A DNA stretch of 64,000 nt. It comes from a virus. The position numbers and the translations under genes were made by a program. The DNA lies in IMG/VR virus record IMGVR_UViG_3300032288_005579; one strand, written 5' to 3'. The notes below the pieces were generated by a model that was not told where the DNA came from, made no database searches, and saw only the letters and a program-made list of their open reading frames with translations. Shown one piece after another: positions 37,525 through 46,163 of the stretch (within the stretch, counting starts at the first letter, position 1; each line of letters begins with the position of its first letter).

Positions 37525-37809
37525 ATGAAAAACAAAAACATACTTGAAGAAGCAAATGAAATTGTCAACAGACGATCTCAAGAAAAGGAACGAATGTACG
37601 GTCCATTTTCTGAGGGAATGGAACGCGCTGCTATGATCATGCGTGGAATGACAGGCAAGAATTTTACAGCCGAAGACGTATACGTTGCATTGGTTGCATT
37701 AAAACTTTCTAGGCATTCTTACAATTATCGCAGAGATAATCTACTTGATGCCACTGCATACTTAGGAGCTTTAGATAATTACATCTCAGATAAACAAAGC
37801 AAAAAATAA
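37525..37809 (+). CDS. DUF6378-like small all-alpha protein (possible nucleotide pyrophosphohydrolase)
   Basis: ILEEANEIV...YG...DV...LKLSR...RDNLLDATAY pattern. Confidence 0.7.
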   Translation: MKNKNILEEANEIVNRRSQEKERMYGPFSEGMERAAMIMRGMTGKNFTAEDVYVALVALKLSRHSYNYRRDNLLDATAYLGALDNYISDKQSKK

Positions 37810-37810
37810 T

Positions 37811-37975
37811 ATGAGTACTAAATCGCAGATCAATAGAATTAGGGATAAAATCAAAGAAGTAGTCACTTCTCCGGCAAAAGATTGGTTTGATAGAACTGTA
37901 AACAAGTCAGCAAAACTTAGGATACTGAGAAGAAAGTTGCACAATTTAGAGGTCGCTAGAACAAAGGGACGATGA
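37811..37975 (+). CDS. Small basic hypothetical protein
   Basis: 54 aa MSTKSQINRIRDKIKE...TKGR*, fills the gap with an ATGA overlap to the next gene; not in the ORF track. Confidence 0.55.
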   Translation: MSTKSQINRIRDKIKEVVTSPAKDWFDRTVNKSAKLRILRRKLHNLEVARTKGR

Positions 37976-38310
37976 ATTTATTTTATGGGATATTGACGGG
38001 CATTATAGCACAAGCTATAACATTTTGTCAATTACAGGGAAGCGCTAAGTGGGGATGGTATGAAAAATATCCTATACTCATACTTCTTTTGGGAATCCCA
38101 TCGTCTTATTTTTTTATAAAGTCTACTCACAGTATCATAGAGGTTTATAACGGAGAAATATGGCCTAGTAGATTGTTAGGATTTGGAACAGGTATCATAA
38201 CTTTTTACGTAATGAGTTACCTATTATTTCACGAATCCATAACTCTGAAAACTATTATTTGTTTAATACTGTCTTTCGCTATCGTAGCTATTCAATTGTA
38301 TTGGAGATGA
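37972..38310 (+). CDS. Small 4-TM membrane protein (SMR/DMT-like)
   Basis: 112 aa, four hydrophobic helices, IWPSRLLGFG. Confidence 0.6.
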   Translation: MNLFYGILTGIIAQAITFCQLQGSAKWGWYEKYPILILLLGIPSSYFFIKSTHSIIEVYNGEIWPSRLLGFGTGIITFYVMSYLLFHESITLKTIICLILSFAIVAIQLYWR

Positions 38311-38519
38311 TGCTAGAATTTCAAAGTCCTATACCGGTTATAGTAGAGAACGACAAAGAAGGTTACGCTATATACGTTACAAACGGAGGGTCCTTTGAAA
38401 ACGATATTTGGTGTGTTGTGCATTGCGATGGAGGGCATGTTAGACACTATACAAGCGATCAAATAAAAATACATGCGAATGCTACTTTAGGAATACAAAA
38501 AATCAATACACCAAAATGA
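38307..38519 (+). CDS. Conserved hypothetical phage protein
   Basis: MMLEFQSPIPV...GYAIYV..GG.FENDIWCVV..DGG.VRHY; ATG at 38307 overlaps the upstream stop. Confidence 0.65.
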   Translation: MMLEFQSPIPVIVENDKEGYAIYVTNGGSFENDIWCVVHCDGGHVRHYTSDQIKIHANATLGIQKINTPK

Positions 38520-38677
38520 AGAGTTTTTTACTTGGCACAATAGGTGTTATAGTAGCTGCTATAATACCATTTGGAATACTAAAATTAGCAGCGACCATGA
38601 TGGATAGAAAAGAACGACTACAAAAACAAAAACAATATGAAGATCAAGAAAATAAGACAGGTAAAGACACCAACTAG
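38516..38677 (+). CDS. Small membrane-anchored hypothetical protein
   Basis: 53 aa with hydrophobic N-terminus and ATGA overlap; overlaps the dUTPase start by 41 nt. Confidence 0.4.
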   Translation: MKSFLLGTIGVIVAAIIPFGILKLAATMMDRKERLQKQKQYEDQENKTGKDTN

Positions 38678-39074
38678 AGGCACACCTGATAGCGCAGGAA
38701 TCGATCTGTACATTCCTAAGGACTACACTAATAAGCCAATAACCATCGAACCGGGAGAGTCACTATTCATTCCCAGCGGCATAAAAGCACATGTTCCAAA
38801 AGGACACGCATGGGTCGCTATGAATAAGAGCGGAGTAGCTGTGAAACAGGGTCTATCGGTAGGAGCGCAAGTTGTGGATGCCGATTACGATGGAGAAATA
38901 CATATTCACGTGTTCAATTTCTCCGATATACCCCAAGAGATTCAGCCCGAACAAAAGATAATTCAAATGTTACTTTTGCCCGTAAACTTCGAAAACATTG
39001 AAGAGGTGGAAGAACTTCCTGATAGGAAGACAGAGCGGGGTAGCGGAGGATTCGGAAGCACAGGATTACAATAG
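38637..39074 (+). CDS. dut: dUTPase (trimeric)
   Basis: SAGIDL, NKSG, VVDADYDGEI, RGSGGFGSTG. Confidence 0.93.
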   Translation: MKIKKIRQVKTPTRGTPDSAGIDLYIPKDYTNKPITIEPGESLFIPSGIKAHVPKGHAWVAMNKSGVAVKQGLSVGAQVVDADYDGEIHIHVFNFSDIPQEIQPEQKIIQMLLLPVNFENIEEVEELPDRKTERGSGGFGSTGLQ

Positions 39075-39076
39075 TC

Positions 39077-39556
39077 ATGGGAAGAGAAGAGACCATACAC
39101 ATCTTAGAGGAAAGAACTAGGCAAAAATTGTCTAAGCTTGATGCTGTATACGTTAACATAGCAAAAGAAGTGGGATCTCTTTCTAATTGTGAAAGAAGTA
39201 AAGTCGGCGCCATACTTGTAAAAGACGGTAACATAATATCCATGGGGTATAATGGAACTCCCAAGGGTTTTGATAATTGCTGTGAAGACGTCGTAGTAGT
39301 CGATGGAGAGAGTAAACTTGTTACTAAAAAGGAAGTGCTGCATGCGGAAATGAATGCAGTTTTAAAAGCAGCGAGAACCGGAAATTCAGTCGAAGGATCT
39401 ACGCTGTACATAACTCTTGCGCCTTGCATAGATTGCTCGAAATATCTATTGCAATCGGGAATACGAAGAGTTGTATATTTGGAAGAGTATAGGGACAATA
39501 GCGGAGTTACGCTGTTGGGTAATTACATAAAAGTAGAAAAGTATGATGTTAAGTAA
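39077..39556 (+). CDS. dCMP deaminase
   Basis: KVGAILVKD, GYNGTP, LHAEMNA, APCIDC zinc motifs. Confidence 0.92.
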   Translation: MGREETIHILEERTRQKLSKLDAVYVNIAKEVGSLSNCERSKVGAILVKDGNIISMGYNGTPKGFDNCCEDVVVVDGESKLVTKKEVLHAEMNAVLKAARTGNSVEGSTLYITLAPCIDCSKYLLQSGIRRVVYLEEYRDNSGVTLLGNYIKVEKYDVK

Positions 39557-40178
39557 TGCAACAGAGGCGTTTGAATATTTGTACCACGATTTGAATACTC
39601 GAGGGGAGGATTTTGCTGGAACGAAGGCAAGATTCAATGCTTCATTCACCGTGTCAAACGTAGAAGATAACATCATTGAAACTCCACAACGAGCTTTCAA
39701 AAAGAGTTACGCTGAATACGAATGGAACTGGTATCTTACGGGGAATAGAGACGCGAAAGAAATAGCTGAGCGTGCCAAAATATGGCAAAACATGATGGTT
39801 CCTGGTACTACAGAGGTTAATTCCAACTACGGGTATTTTTGGAAGTACAATGATCAGTTAGATAGAGTCATAAACGAGTTAAAGAACAATCCAAATACCC
39901 GCCGCGCCATAGTGGTTCATTATGATATCAATGAACTCGATAGGTACAAATACGATACACCGTGTAATGATGTATTGAACTTCTACGTTAAGGACGGAAA
40001 GTTAGAACTCACAGTCTTCGCTAGAAGCATAGATCTGTGGTTCGGATTCTGCAACGATTTCTATATATTTTCCAGACTCATGAAGATGGTATCTAAAGAA
40101 ACAGGTTATGAGTTGGGAAACATGCATTGGTTCATTACGAATTTACATATATACGAAAGACACTACAACAAACTATAA
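39543..40178 (+). CDS. Thymidylate synthase homologue with a dCMP-type specificity residue (dCMP hydroxymethylase/methylase-like)
   Basis: Catalytic PCN, NSNYG, RSIDLWFGFCND (Asp at the E. coli TS N177 position, as in T4 gp42 FGFRND), NLHIY. Confidence 0.8.
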   Translation: MMLSNATEAFEYLYHDLNTRGEDFAGTKARFNASFTVSNVEDNIIETPQRAFKKSYAEYEWNWYLTGNRDAKEIAERAKIWQNMMVPGTTEVNSNYGYFWKYNDQLDRVINELKNNPNTRRAIVVHYDINELDRYKYDTPCNDVLNFYVKDGKLELTVFARSIDLWFGFCNDFYIFSRLMKMVSKETGYELGNMHWFITNLHIYERHYNKL

Positions 40179-40179
40179 C

Positions 40180-40506
40180 ATGCAATTTACAGAAGTTAAG
40201 TGCGTCATGGGCGCAGAAGATTACAACTTAAAATTGGGGCATCTATACTTGGCCGAGGTTACCAAAAACGGACACTATAAACTTTTAGAAACTTCACCAC
40301 CGGAACCGTACAATTGTTTTCACAAGGAACGATTTGAACCCACTGGAAAGGTATATAGTTACGAAGAGATCTTCGGTACGTATGAAGAATATTATTATGA
40401 TCACTCGAAAGGATTTTGCGAAGAATGCGAGGATTATTTCGTATATTTAAATAGTTTAAAAGCAAAACACAAAGACAATGGAGACACCAATGAAAGCCAA
40501 TCTTAA
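40180..40506 (+). CDS. Hypothetical protein
   Basis: ATG at 40180 just after the TS stop; CxxC near the C-terminus. Confidence 0.6.
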   Translation: MQFTEVKCVMGAEDYNLKLGHLYLAEVTKNGHYKLLETSPPEPYNCFHKERFEPTGKVYSYEEIFGTYEEYYYDHSKGFCEECEDYFVYLNSLKAKHKDNGDTNESQS

Positions 40507-40717
40507 TATCACTCTGGACAAGACTACACCCATGTCTTGTGACGAGTGCGGCTCAAACGTATTTCACGAGGTGGTTATGATTAGGAAAGCATCAAAGTTC
40601 CTTATCGGTTCTGCCCAAGATGCCCTTATCCCGATACCTATTTTCGCATGCGCTAAGTGTAACCACGTAAACAACGATCTGTACCCTCCTGACATGAAGA
40701 AGGAGATGGAGGGTTGA
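40478..40717 (+). CDS. Zinc-ribbon protein
   Basis: CDEC...CAKCNH. Confidence 0.7.
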   Translation: METPMKANLNITLDKTTPMSCDECGSNVFHEVVMIRKASKFLIGSAQDALIPIPIFACAKCNHVNNDLYPPDMKKEMEG

Positions 40718-40720
40718 GTT

Positions 40721-41626
40721 GTGGAAAAGAAGCCTATAGAGATTAATCACGCTTACCAAAAAAGCGTATCGTACAGTCAATTGTCCATGTATACGAATTG
40801 TCAGTATTCGTGGTACCTGGCTTACGTCAAGAAGAAAAAGGTATTCAAACCAGGAATTCACCTTCTTTACGGTACATCGTTACACGAGACTCTGCAAAAT
40901 TACTTGCATGTCATGTACAACGAATCTATCAAGGCGGCCGACGAAATCGATTTAAGCGCATATTTAGAAGATAGGATGATAGCCAATTATAAGGCTGATC
41001 TGGAAAATAACGACAAACAACACTATTGTACCAAAGAGGAATTCAAGGAGTTTTTAGAGGACGGAGTTGCCTCTTTAGAGTGGTTCAAAAAGAATCGTGG
41101 CAAATACTTCTCTAGAAAAGACACAGAGCTCGTAGGCATAGAAATACCCATCTTACAATCCGTAACCGACTATTCTCCCAATGTTCTCATTCAGGGTTAT
41201 ATCGACTTTATACTTTATCACAAGGATACCGATAGTTATACTATTTTTGATATCAAAACGTCTACGCGAGGCTGGAAGGACAAAGAGAAGAAGGACGCTA
41301 CGAAGCTCAGTCAGATCCTCATCTACAAACACTTTTACTCTAAGGCCCTCAACATCCCAGAGGAAAAGATCGATGTCAAGTTTTTCATAGTCAAGAGAAA
41401 GATCTTCGAATCCACGGAGTTCAAGGTTTCAAGGATCCAAGAGTTTGTTCCTGCTAACAAGACTAAAAAAGTAAAGGAAGCTTACACGAGTTTGGAGAAC
41501 TTTATCAAGGAGTGCTTCACTCCAGACGCTAAATACAACGAAGAGCGGGTGTATCCTAAAAATACAGACGCCTGTAAGTACTGCCCTTACAAAGATAAAC
41601 CTGAGCTTTGCGATAGAAAGAACTAG
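40721..41626 (+). CDS. PD-(D/E)XK exonuclease, Cas4/AddB-like with a probable Fe-S cluster
   Basis: SYSQLSMYTNC, GTSLH, GYIDF, DIKTS, QILIY, CKYCPY...C. Confidence 0.85.
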   Translation: MEKKPIEINHAYQKSVSYSQLSMYTNCQYSWYLAYVKKKKVFKPGIHLLYGTSLHETLQNYLHVMYNESIKAADEIDLSAYLEDRMIANYKADLENNDKQHYCTKEEFKEFLEDGVASLEWFKKNRGKYFSRKDTELVGIEIPILQSVTDYSPNVLIQGYIDFILYHKDTDSYTIFDIKTSTRGWKDKEKKDATKLSQILIYKHFYSKALNIPEEKIDVKFFIVKRKIFESTEFKVSRIQEFVPANKTKKVKEAYTSLENFIKECFTPDAKYNEERVYPKNTDACKYCPYKDKPELCDRKN

Positions 41627-41671
41627 TGTATTTCCACATTTACATATATTTATAATAAAGATAATGTAAAT

Positions 41672-41893
41672 ATGGAAAAGAAGTTCTCTACAACGACGGT
41701 TAAGATACCTGAAAAAATGTATCAAGACTACAAGATCATGAACGTGAGAGCGGACATGAATTTACAAGATCTAGTTCATAGATCTATGTATCTATACTTG
41801 ACTGATGCAGATTTTAGGTATAAAATACACCAAACCTATTCAACTTATTATACAGGAAGCGATATAATGAATGCGATAACAAACTTCAAATAG
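41672..41893 (+). CDS. Ribbon-helix-helix-like regulator
   Basis: TTVKIPEKMYQDYK...LQDLVHRSMYLYL; after TATTTATA, heading the glycan operon. Confidence 0.6.
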   Translation: MEKKFSTTTVKIPEKMYQDYKIMNVRADMNLQDLVHRSMYLYLTDADFRYKIHQTYSTYYTGSDIMNAITNFK

Positions 41894-41895
41894 TT

Positions 41896-43341
41896 ATGGA
41901 AAATATCAAAGAGGGTTATATTCCAAAAACCGACAGAAAGAAAATACTGTTGATGTGCGACGATATTAGAATGCACTCAGGCATAGCCACAATGGCAAGA
42001 GAAATAGTTTTAGGTACTTCTCACAGATTCAATTGGGTAAATTTAGGCGCCGCAATAAATCATCCAGAGATGGGTAAGAAATTAGACCTTTGTGATGACA
42101 CAAGCAAACACGCTGGAATACCCGATTCAAGTGTATACGTGTATCCCTCCAATGGATACGGAACTATTGAGATCGTTAGGCAGCTTATCAACGATGAAAA
42201 GCCGGATGCAATAATGATATTCACCGATCCCAGGTATTGGGTGTGGTTTTTTCAGATGGAGAACGAAGTACGAAAACACATTCCAGTTTTTTACTTATCT
42301 ATTTGGGACGATTATCCTGCTCCTAATTATAATAAATCATATTATGATTCTTGCGATCTTTTAATGTCCATTTCAAAACAAACAGAGAATATTCACAAGC
42401 TTGTTTTGGGGGATAGAGCTAAGGATAAGATTATAACTTATGTTCCTCACGGAATAAATCATAGGAGTTTTTACCCGATAACCGAAGACTCTCACGAAAC
42501 ACTGGCACTTCAAGAATTTAAGAAAAATGTTTTTGGTAAAGACACGCCAGAATTCGTGGTATTCTATAACTCAAGAAATATCAGGCGGAAGTGTACTTCT
42601 GATTTGATATTTGCATACTCTGTGTTCTGTGATATGATAGGAAAAGAGAAAGCATCAAAATGCGCGCTTCTTCTACACACACAAAAAGCTGACGAAAACG
42701 GCACCAATCTTCAAGCCGTAGTAGATCTCGTATGCGATCCAGAGTATCAAAAAGTGTATTTCTCAGAGAGCGCTATAGGCGTAAATCTAATGAATATGCT
42801 TTACAACTTAGCAGATGTGACTGCGCTTATATCTTCTAACGAAGGTTGGGGGCTTTCTTTGACAGAGTCAATGATGGCCGGAAGAATGATCATCGCTAAC
42901 GTAACTGGTGGTATGCAGGATCAAATGAGATTCGAAGATGAAAACGGGGATTGGATAAAGTTCGATGACAACTTCCCCTCTAACCACACTGGAAAGTACA
43001 AGAATTGCGGAGAATGGGCTGTACCCGTATTCCCCTCCAACATCAGTGTAGTAGGATCTATACCCACGCCGTATATATACGACGATCGCTGCGACTTTAG
43101 AGATGTTGCAAAAGCAATAAAAGAGGTTTATGACATGCCTAAAGAAGAGAGACTAGCAAGGGGAGAAAAGGGCAGGGAATGGGTTTTATCTGATGAGTCT
43201 ATGATGAGCGCTGACAATATGTCTAAGAACGTAATAAACTCAATTGAAGAGTGCTTTAATAAGTTCGAACCTAAATCCTATGAACTTATAAAAATAGAAA
43301 AATTGCCTCGTAAGAAAATCACACATAAACTAATTTACTGA
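41896..43341 (+). CDS. Glycosyltransferase, GT4 (GT-B)
   Basis: KILLMCDD...SG, YVPHG, RNIRRK, SSNEGWGLSLTESM, TGGMQDQ. Confidence 0.85.
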   Translation: MENIKEGYIPKTDRKKILLMCDDIRMHSGIATMAREIVLGTSHRFNWVNLGAAINHPEMGKKLDLCDDTSKHAGIPDSSVYVYPSNGYGTIEIVRQLINDEKPDAIMIFTDPRYWVWFFQMENEVRKHIPVFYLSIWDDYPAPNYNKSYYDSCDLLMSISKQTENIHKLVLGDRAKDKIITYVPHGINHRSFYPITEDSHETLALQEFKKNVFGKDTPEFVVFYNSRNIRRKCTSDLIFAYSVFCDMIGKEKASKCALLLHTQKADENGTNLQAVVDLVCDPEYQKVYFSESAIGVNLMNMLYNLADVTALISSNEGWGLSLTESMMAGRMIIANVTGGMQDQMRFEDENGDWIKFDDNFPSNHTGKYKNCGEWAVPVFPSNISVVGSIPTPYIYDDRCDFRDVAKAIKEVYDMPKEERLARGEKGREWVLSDESMMSADNMSKNVINSIEECFNKFEPKSYELIKIEKLPRKKITHKLIY

Positions 43342-43345
43342 TAAT

Positions 43346-44656
43346 ATGAAACCGTTGTGCGTTATATCGTGTCCAATAGACACATACTCAGGATACGGAA
43401 GCAGAAGCCGAGATTTCGTAAAAGCGCTTTACGAACTTAAGAAAGACGAATGGAACATTAAAGTCCTTTCACAGAGGTGGGGAAACACCCCATGGAATTA
43501 CATAAAGAACGAACTAAAGAACGATCAATATTGGGCTTTCTTAAAAGATGTTATCATACCCGGAAATCAATTGAATCAACAGCCTGATTATTGGTTTCAA
43601 ATAACAGTGCCTAACGAATTTCAACCAATAGGCAAGTTATACAACGTCGGAGTTACTGCAGGAATAGAGTCAACCATGTGCCATCCTACTTGGATAGATG
43701 GTATAAATAAAATGCCTCTGACCTTAGTGTCCTCCAATCACGCTAAGAACGTCATAAAGAATTCTGTCTTCCAAGAAAAGGATACAAATAATCCTGACAT
43801 TGTGAAACGTGAAGTACGATGCGAAAAACCCGTAGAAGTTTTATTCGAAGGTTTGGATACAAACAAGTATTTTTACATAGAGCCTAAAGACTATCCCAAA
43901 ACAAAACTAACCGAATCTTTAAATTCTATAGAAGAGAGTTTCAATTATCTGTTTGTTGGACATTGGTTGCAAGGGGCTCATGGCCACGATAGAAAGAATG
44001 TGGCAAGCATGATAAGAATGTTCTTAGAGACGTTTAAGAACCAGAAAAAGAAACCTGGTTTGATTTTGAAAACTACTCGAGTATCTAATAGCGTAATGGA
44101 CAGAGAAGACATATTGGAAAATATAGATCTTATAAGAAACTCTATAGACTCTAAAGATTTACCCAATATATATCTTTTACACGGTGAGTTGAATGATGAA
44201 GACATGAATCTCATATACAACCACAATAAAGTAAAAGCCATGTTGTGTCTAACTCACGGAGAAGGCTACTGTCGTCCACTGTTAGAGTTCAGTATCACGA
44301 AGAAACCTATCATAGCCAGCGGATGGTCAGGTCATCTAGATTTCTTAAAACCCGAATTTAACTCTTTAATTCCCGGACAATTACAGAATTTGCATCCGAG
44401 TGTATTAGTGGATAACATTCTGATAAAGGAGTCGTCGTGGTTTTATCCAGATGAAACAGCAAGTAAAGCAGTTATGGAAGTTATGTTTGAGAAGTACGAT
44501 AGATACCTAGAGAACGCTAAGAGACAGGCTTTTAGAAGTAAGACAGAATTTTCTATGGAAAATATGAAAGACAAACTTAGACAATTCGTAGATGCTTTTC
44601 CTAAACCTATACCTTTACAGTTACCTAAACTTAAAAAGATCAATGTATCAAATTAA
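43346..44656 (+). CDS. Glycosyltransferase, GT4 (GT-B)
   Basis: SGYG, YLFVG, RKNV, THGEGYCRPLLE, SGWSGHLDF. Confidence 0.85.
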   Translation: MKPLCVISCPIDTYSGYGSRSRDFVKALYELKKDEWNIKVLSQRWGNTPWNYIKNELKNDQYWAFLKDVIIPGNQLNQQPDYWFQITVPNEFQPIGKLYNVGVTAGIESTMCHPTWIDGINKMPLTLVSSNHAKNVIKNSVFQEKDTNNPDIVKREVRCEKPVEVLFEGLDTNKYFYIEPKDYPKTKLTESLNSIEESFNYLFVGHWLQGAHGHDRKNVASMIRMFLETFKNQKKKPGLILKTTRVSNSVMDREDILENIDLIRNSIDSKDLPNIYLLHGELNDEDMNLIYNHNKVKAMLCLTHGEGYCRPLLEFSITKKPIIASGWSGHLDFLKPEFNSLIPGQLQNLHPSVLVDNILIKESSWFYPDETASKAVMEVMFEKYDRYLENAKRQAFRSKTEFSMENMKDKLRQFVDAFPKPIPLQLPKLKKINVSN

Positions 44657-44662
44657 TCGTTT

Positions 44663-44887
44663 ATGTTAGATAAGATAAAAGAAATAGTACAAGCTTACGC
44701 TATCGCAATAAATCCCACAGAGGAGCAAAAGCGAATAGCCGAAGAAAGATTAAAGATTTGCATGACATGTGAAAATTGGGAAGAATCTCCCATAGCTAGA
44801 TGCAAACTTTGCGGATGTTTAACTAAGGGAAAAGTGTTTTCTCCTAATGGACCTGATGCTTGCCCCATAAAAAAATGGACAGTATGA
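44663..44887 (+). CDS. Small Cys-rich hypothetical protein
   Basis: ERLKICMTC...CKLCGC...CPIKKW. Confidence 0.7.
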   Translation: MLDKIKEIVQAYAIAINPTEEQKRIAEERLKICMTCENWEESPIARCKLCGCLTKGKVFSPNGPDACPIKKWTV

Positions 44888-45096
44888 ATAAAGAAACTTT
44901 AGAGAATTGGTTATTGGGATTCGTTGCAGCATGCGGAGAAAATCCCCCCACAAAAGAACAGTGGATGACCCTTGTAGAAGCAGTAAAGTCATTACATAAA
45001 AGGGACTCAGTGATCCATCCACCTTCGTGGACTTACACAGGAACTCACACGGTAAATCACGCGTCAAAAGAAGAAAAAAAAATATTGAATGACTAA
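44884..45096 (+). CDS. Hypothetical protein
   Basis: ATG at 44884 overlaps the upstream stop. Confidence 0.55.
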   Translation: MNKETLENWLLGFVAACGENPPTKEQWMTLVEAVKSLHKRDSVIHPPSWTYTGTHTVNHASKEEKKILND

Positions 45097-45541
45097 GGAT
45101 AACTTAATAGATTGCCCGCTTTGCTTAGAACAAGGTTCTTGTTATACTACAGCTATTAACGAGTTCAAAAATTCGTATATGTGTTTGGGATGCGGATTTC
45201 AAACCAATGATTTTTTACAGGAGGAAGATAGTGAAACTGTCAACATGTACGAATCTGAATTGCCAAATCTGTATAAAGATTTAAAGAGGCAAGATAACAT
45301 TGGTAGAGTTTGGTTTCCAAGCGCAGTCAACATAGAAGATAAAGGAACGGTGTTTGCAAACGGAAAGACTGCTGATGAATGGCAATGGAGTGCTATAAAA
45401 AACATTCCATTAACTGAAGAAGATAGGAAAAAAGTAATCTTTAGAAATTCTAATAAGAATTACAAATCTGATTCTACTTCAATGAAACACTTCGGAAAAG
45501 ATTTTTTGTCTGCGTTAGAATATATTGGAGTAGAATTTTAG
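45089..45541 (+). CDS. Zn-finger hypothetical protein
   Basis: CPLC...CLGCG. Confidence 0.65.
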   Translation: MTKDNLIDCPLCLEQGSCYTTAINEFKNSYMCLGCGFQTNDFLQEEDSETVNMYESELPNLYKDLKRQDNIGRVWFPSAVNIEDKGTVFANGKTADEWQWSAIKNIPLTEEDRKKVIFRNSNKNYKSDSTSMKHFGKDFLSALEYIGVEF

Positions 45542-45545
45542 TAGC

Positions 45546-46163
45546 ATGAAAATAAGTTACGCCATTCCTGTATGTAACGAATTCGCGGAGTTAGATAGAC
45601 TTTTGAATGGGATTATTTCTCACGCTGAAGGTCCCTACGAAATAGTGGTTCAATGCGATCAAGGCAATACAACAGACGAAGTGCGTAACGTATTACAAAA
45701 ATACGAAAATAAAATTAAGGTTGTTGAATTTCCTCTAAATCAAGACTTTGCCTCTTTTAAAAATAACTTAAAGAAGAACTGTTCTGGGGATTGGATAATC
45801 CAAATTGATGCTGACGAGGAACTCACGCAAATGTTTCTAGAGAACGTGCACAACATATTAGACTCCAATCCAGAAGTAGAAGTGTTCTTTTTACCTAGAA
45901 TAAATACAGTGGAAGGATTAACAGATCATCACATAGCTAAGTGGAGATGGCGTGTTGATGAATTGGGCAGAATAAATTTCCCTGATTGGCAAACCAGAAT
46001 ACTTAAGAACCTTCCCAAAATTCAATGGAAAAACAAGGTTCACGAAGTTTTAAGCGGTTATACCAATTACACGCACTTCCCTACCGATGATGAGTTGTGC
46101 ATCATACATCGAAAAACTATAGATAGACAGGAAAAACAAAATGAATCCTATTCAAAGATATGA
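45546..46163 (+). CDS. Glycosyltransferase, GT2 (WaaE/KdtX-like)
   Basis: ISYAIPVCNE, DFASFKN, QIDADE, PDWQTRI, WKNKVHE. Confidence 0.85.
   Translation: MKISYAIPVCNEFAELDRLLNGIISHAEGPYEIVVQCDQGNTTDEVRNVLQKYENKIKVVEFPLNQDFASFKNNLKKNCSGDWIIQIDADEELTQMFLENVHNILDSNPEVEVFFLPRINTVEGLTDHHIAKWRWRVDELGRINFPDWQTRILKNLPKIQWKNKVHEVLSGYTNYTHFPTDDELCIIHRKTIDRQEKQNESYSKI

Noticed and set aside
40721-41626. Possible CRISPR-Cas system
   Set aside because: The Cas4-like nuclease is solitary; no cas1/cas2 and no regularly spaced repeat array was seen.
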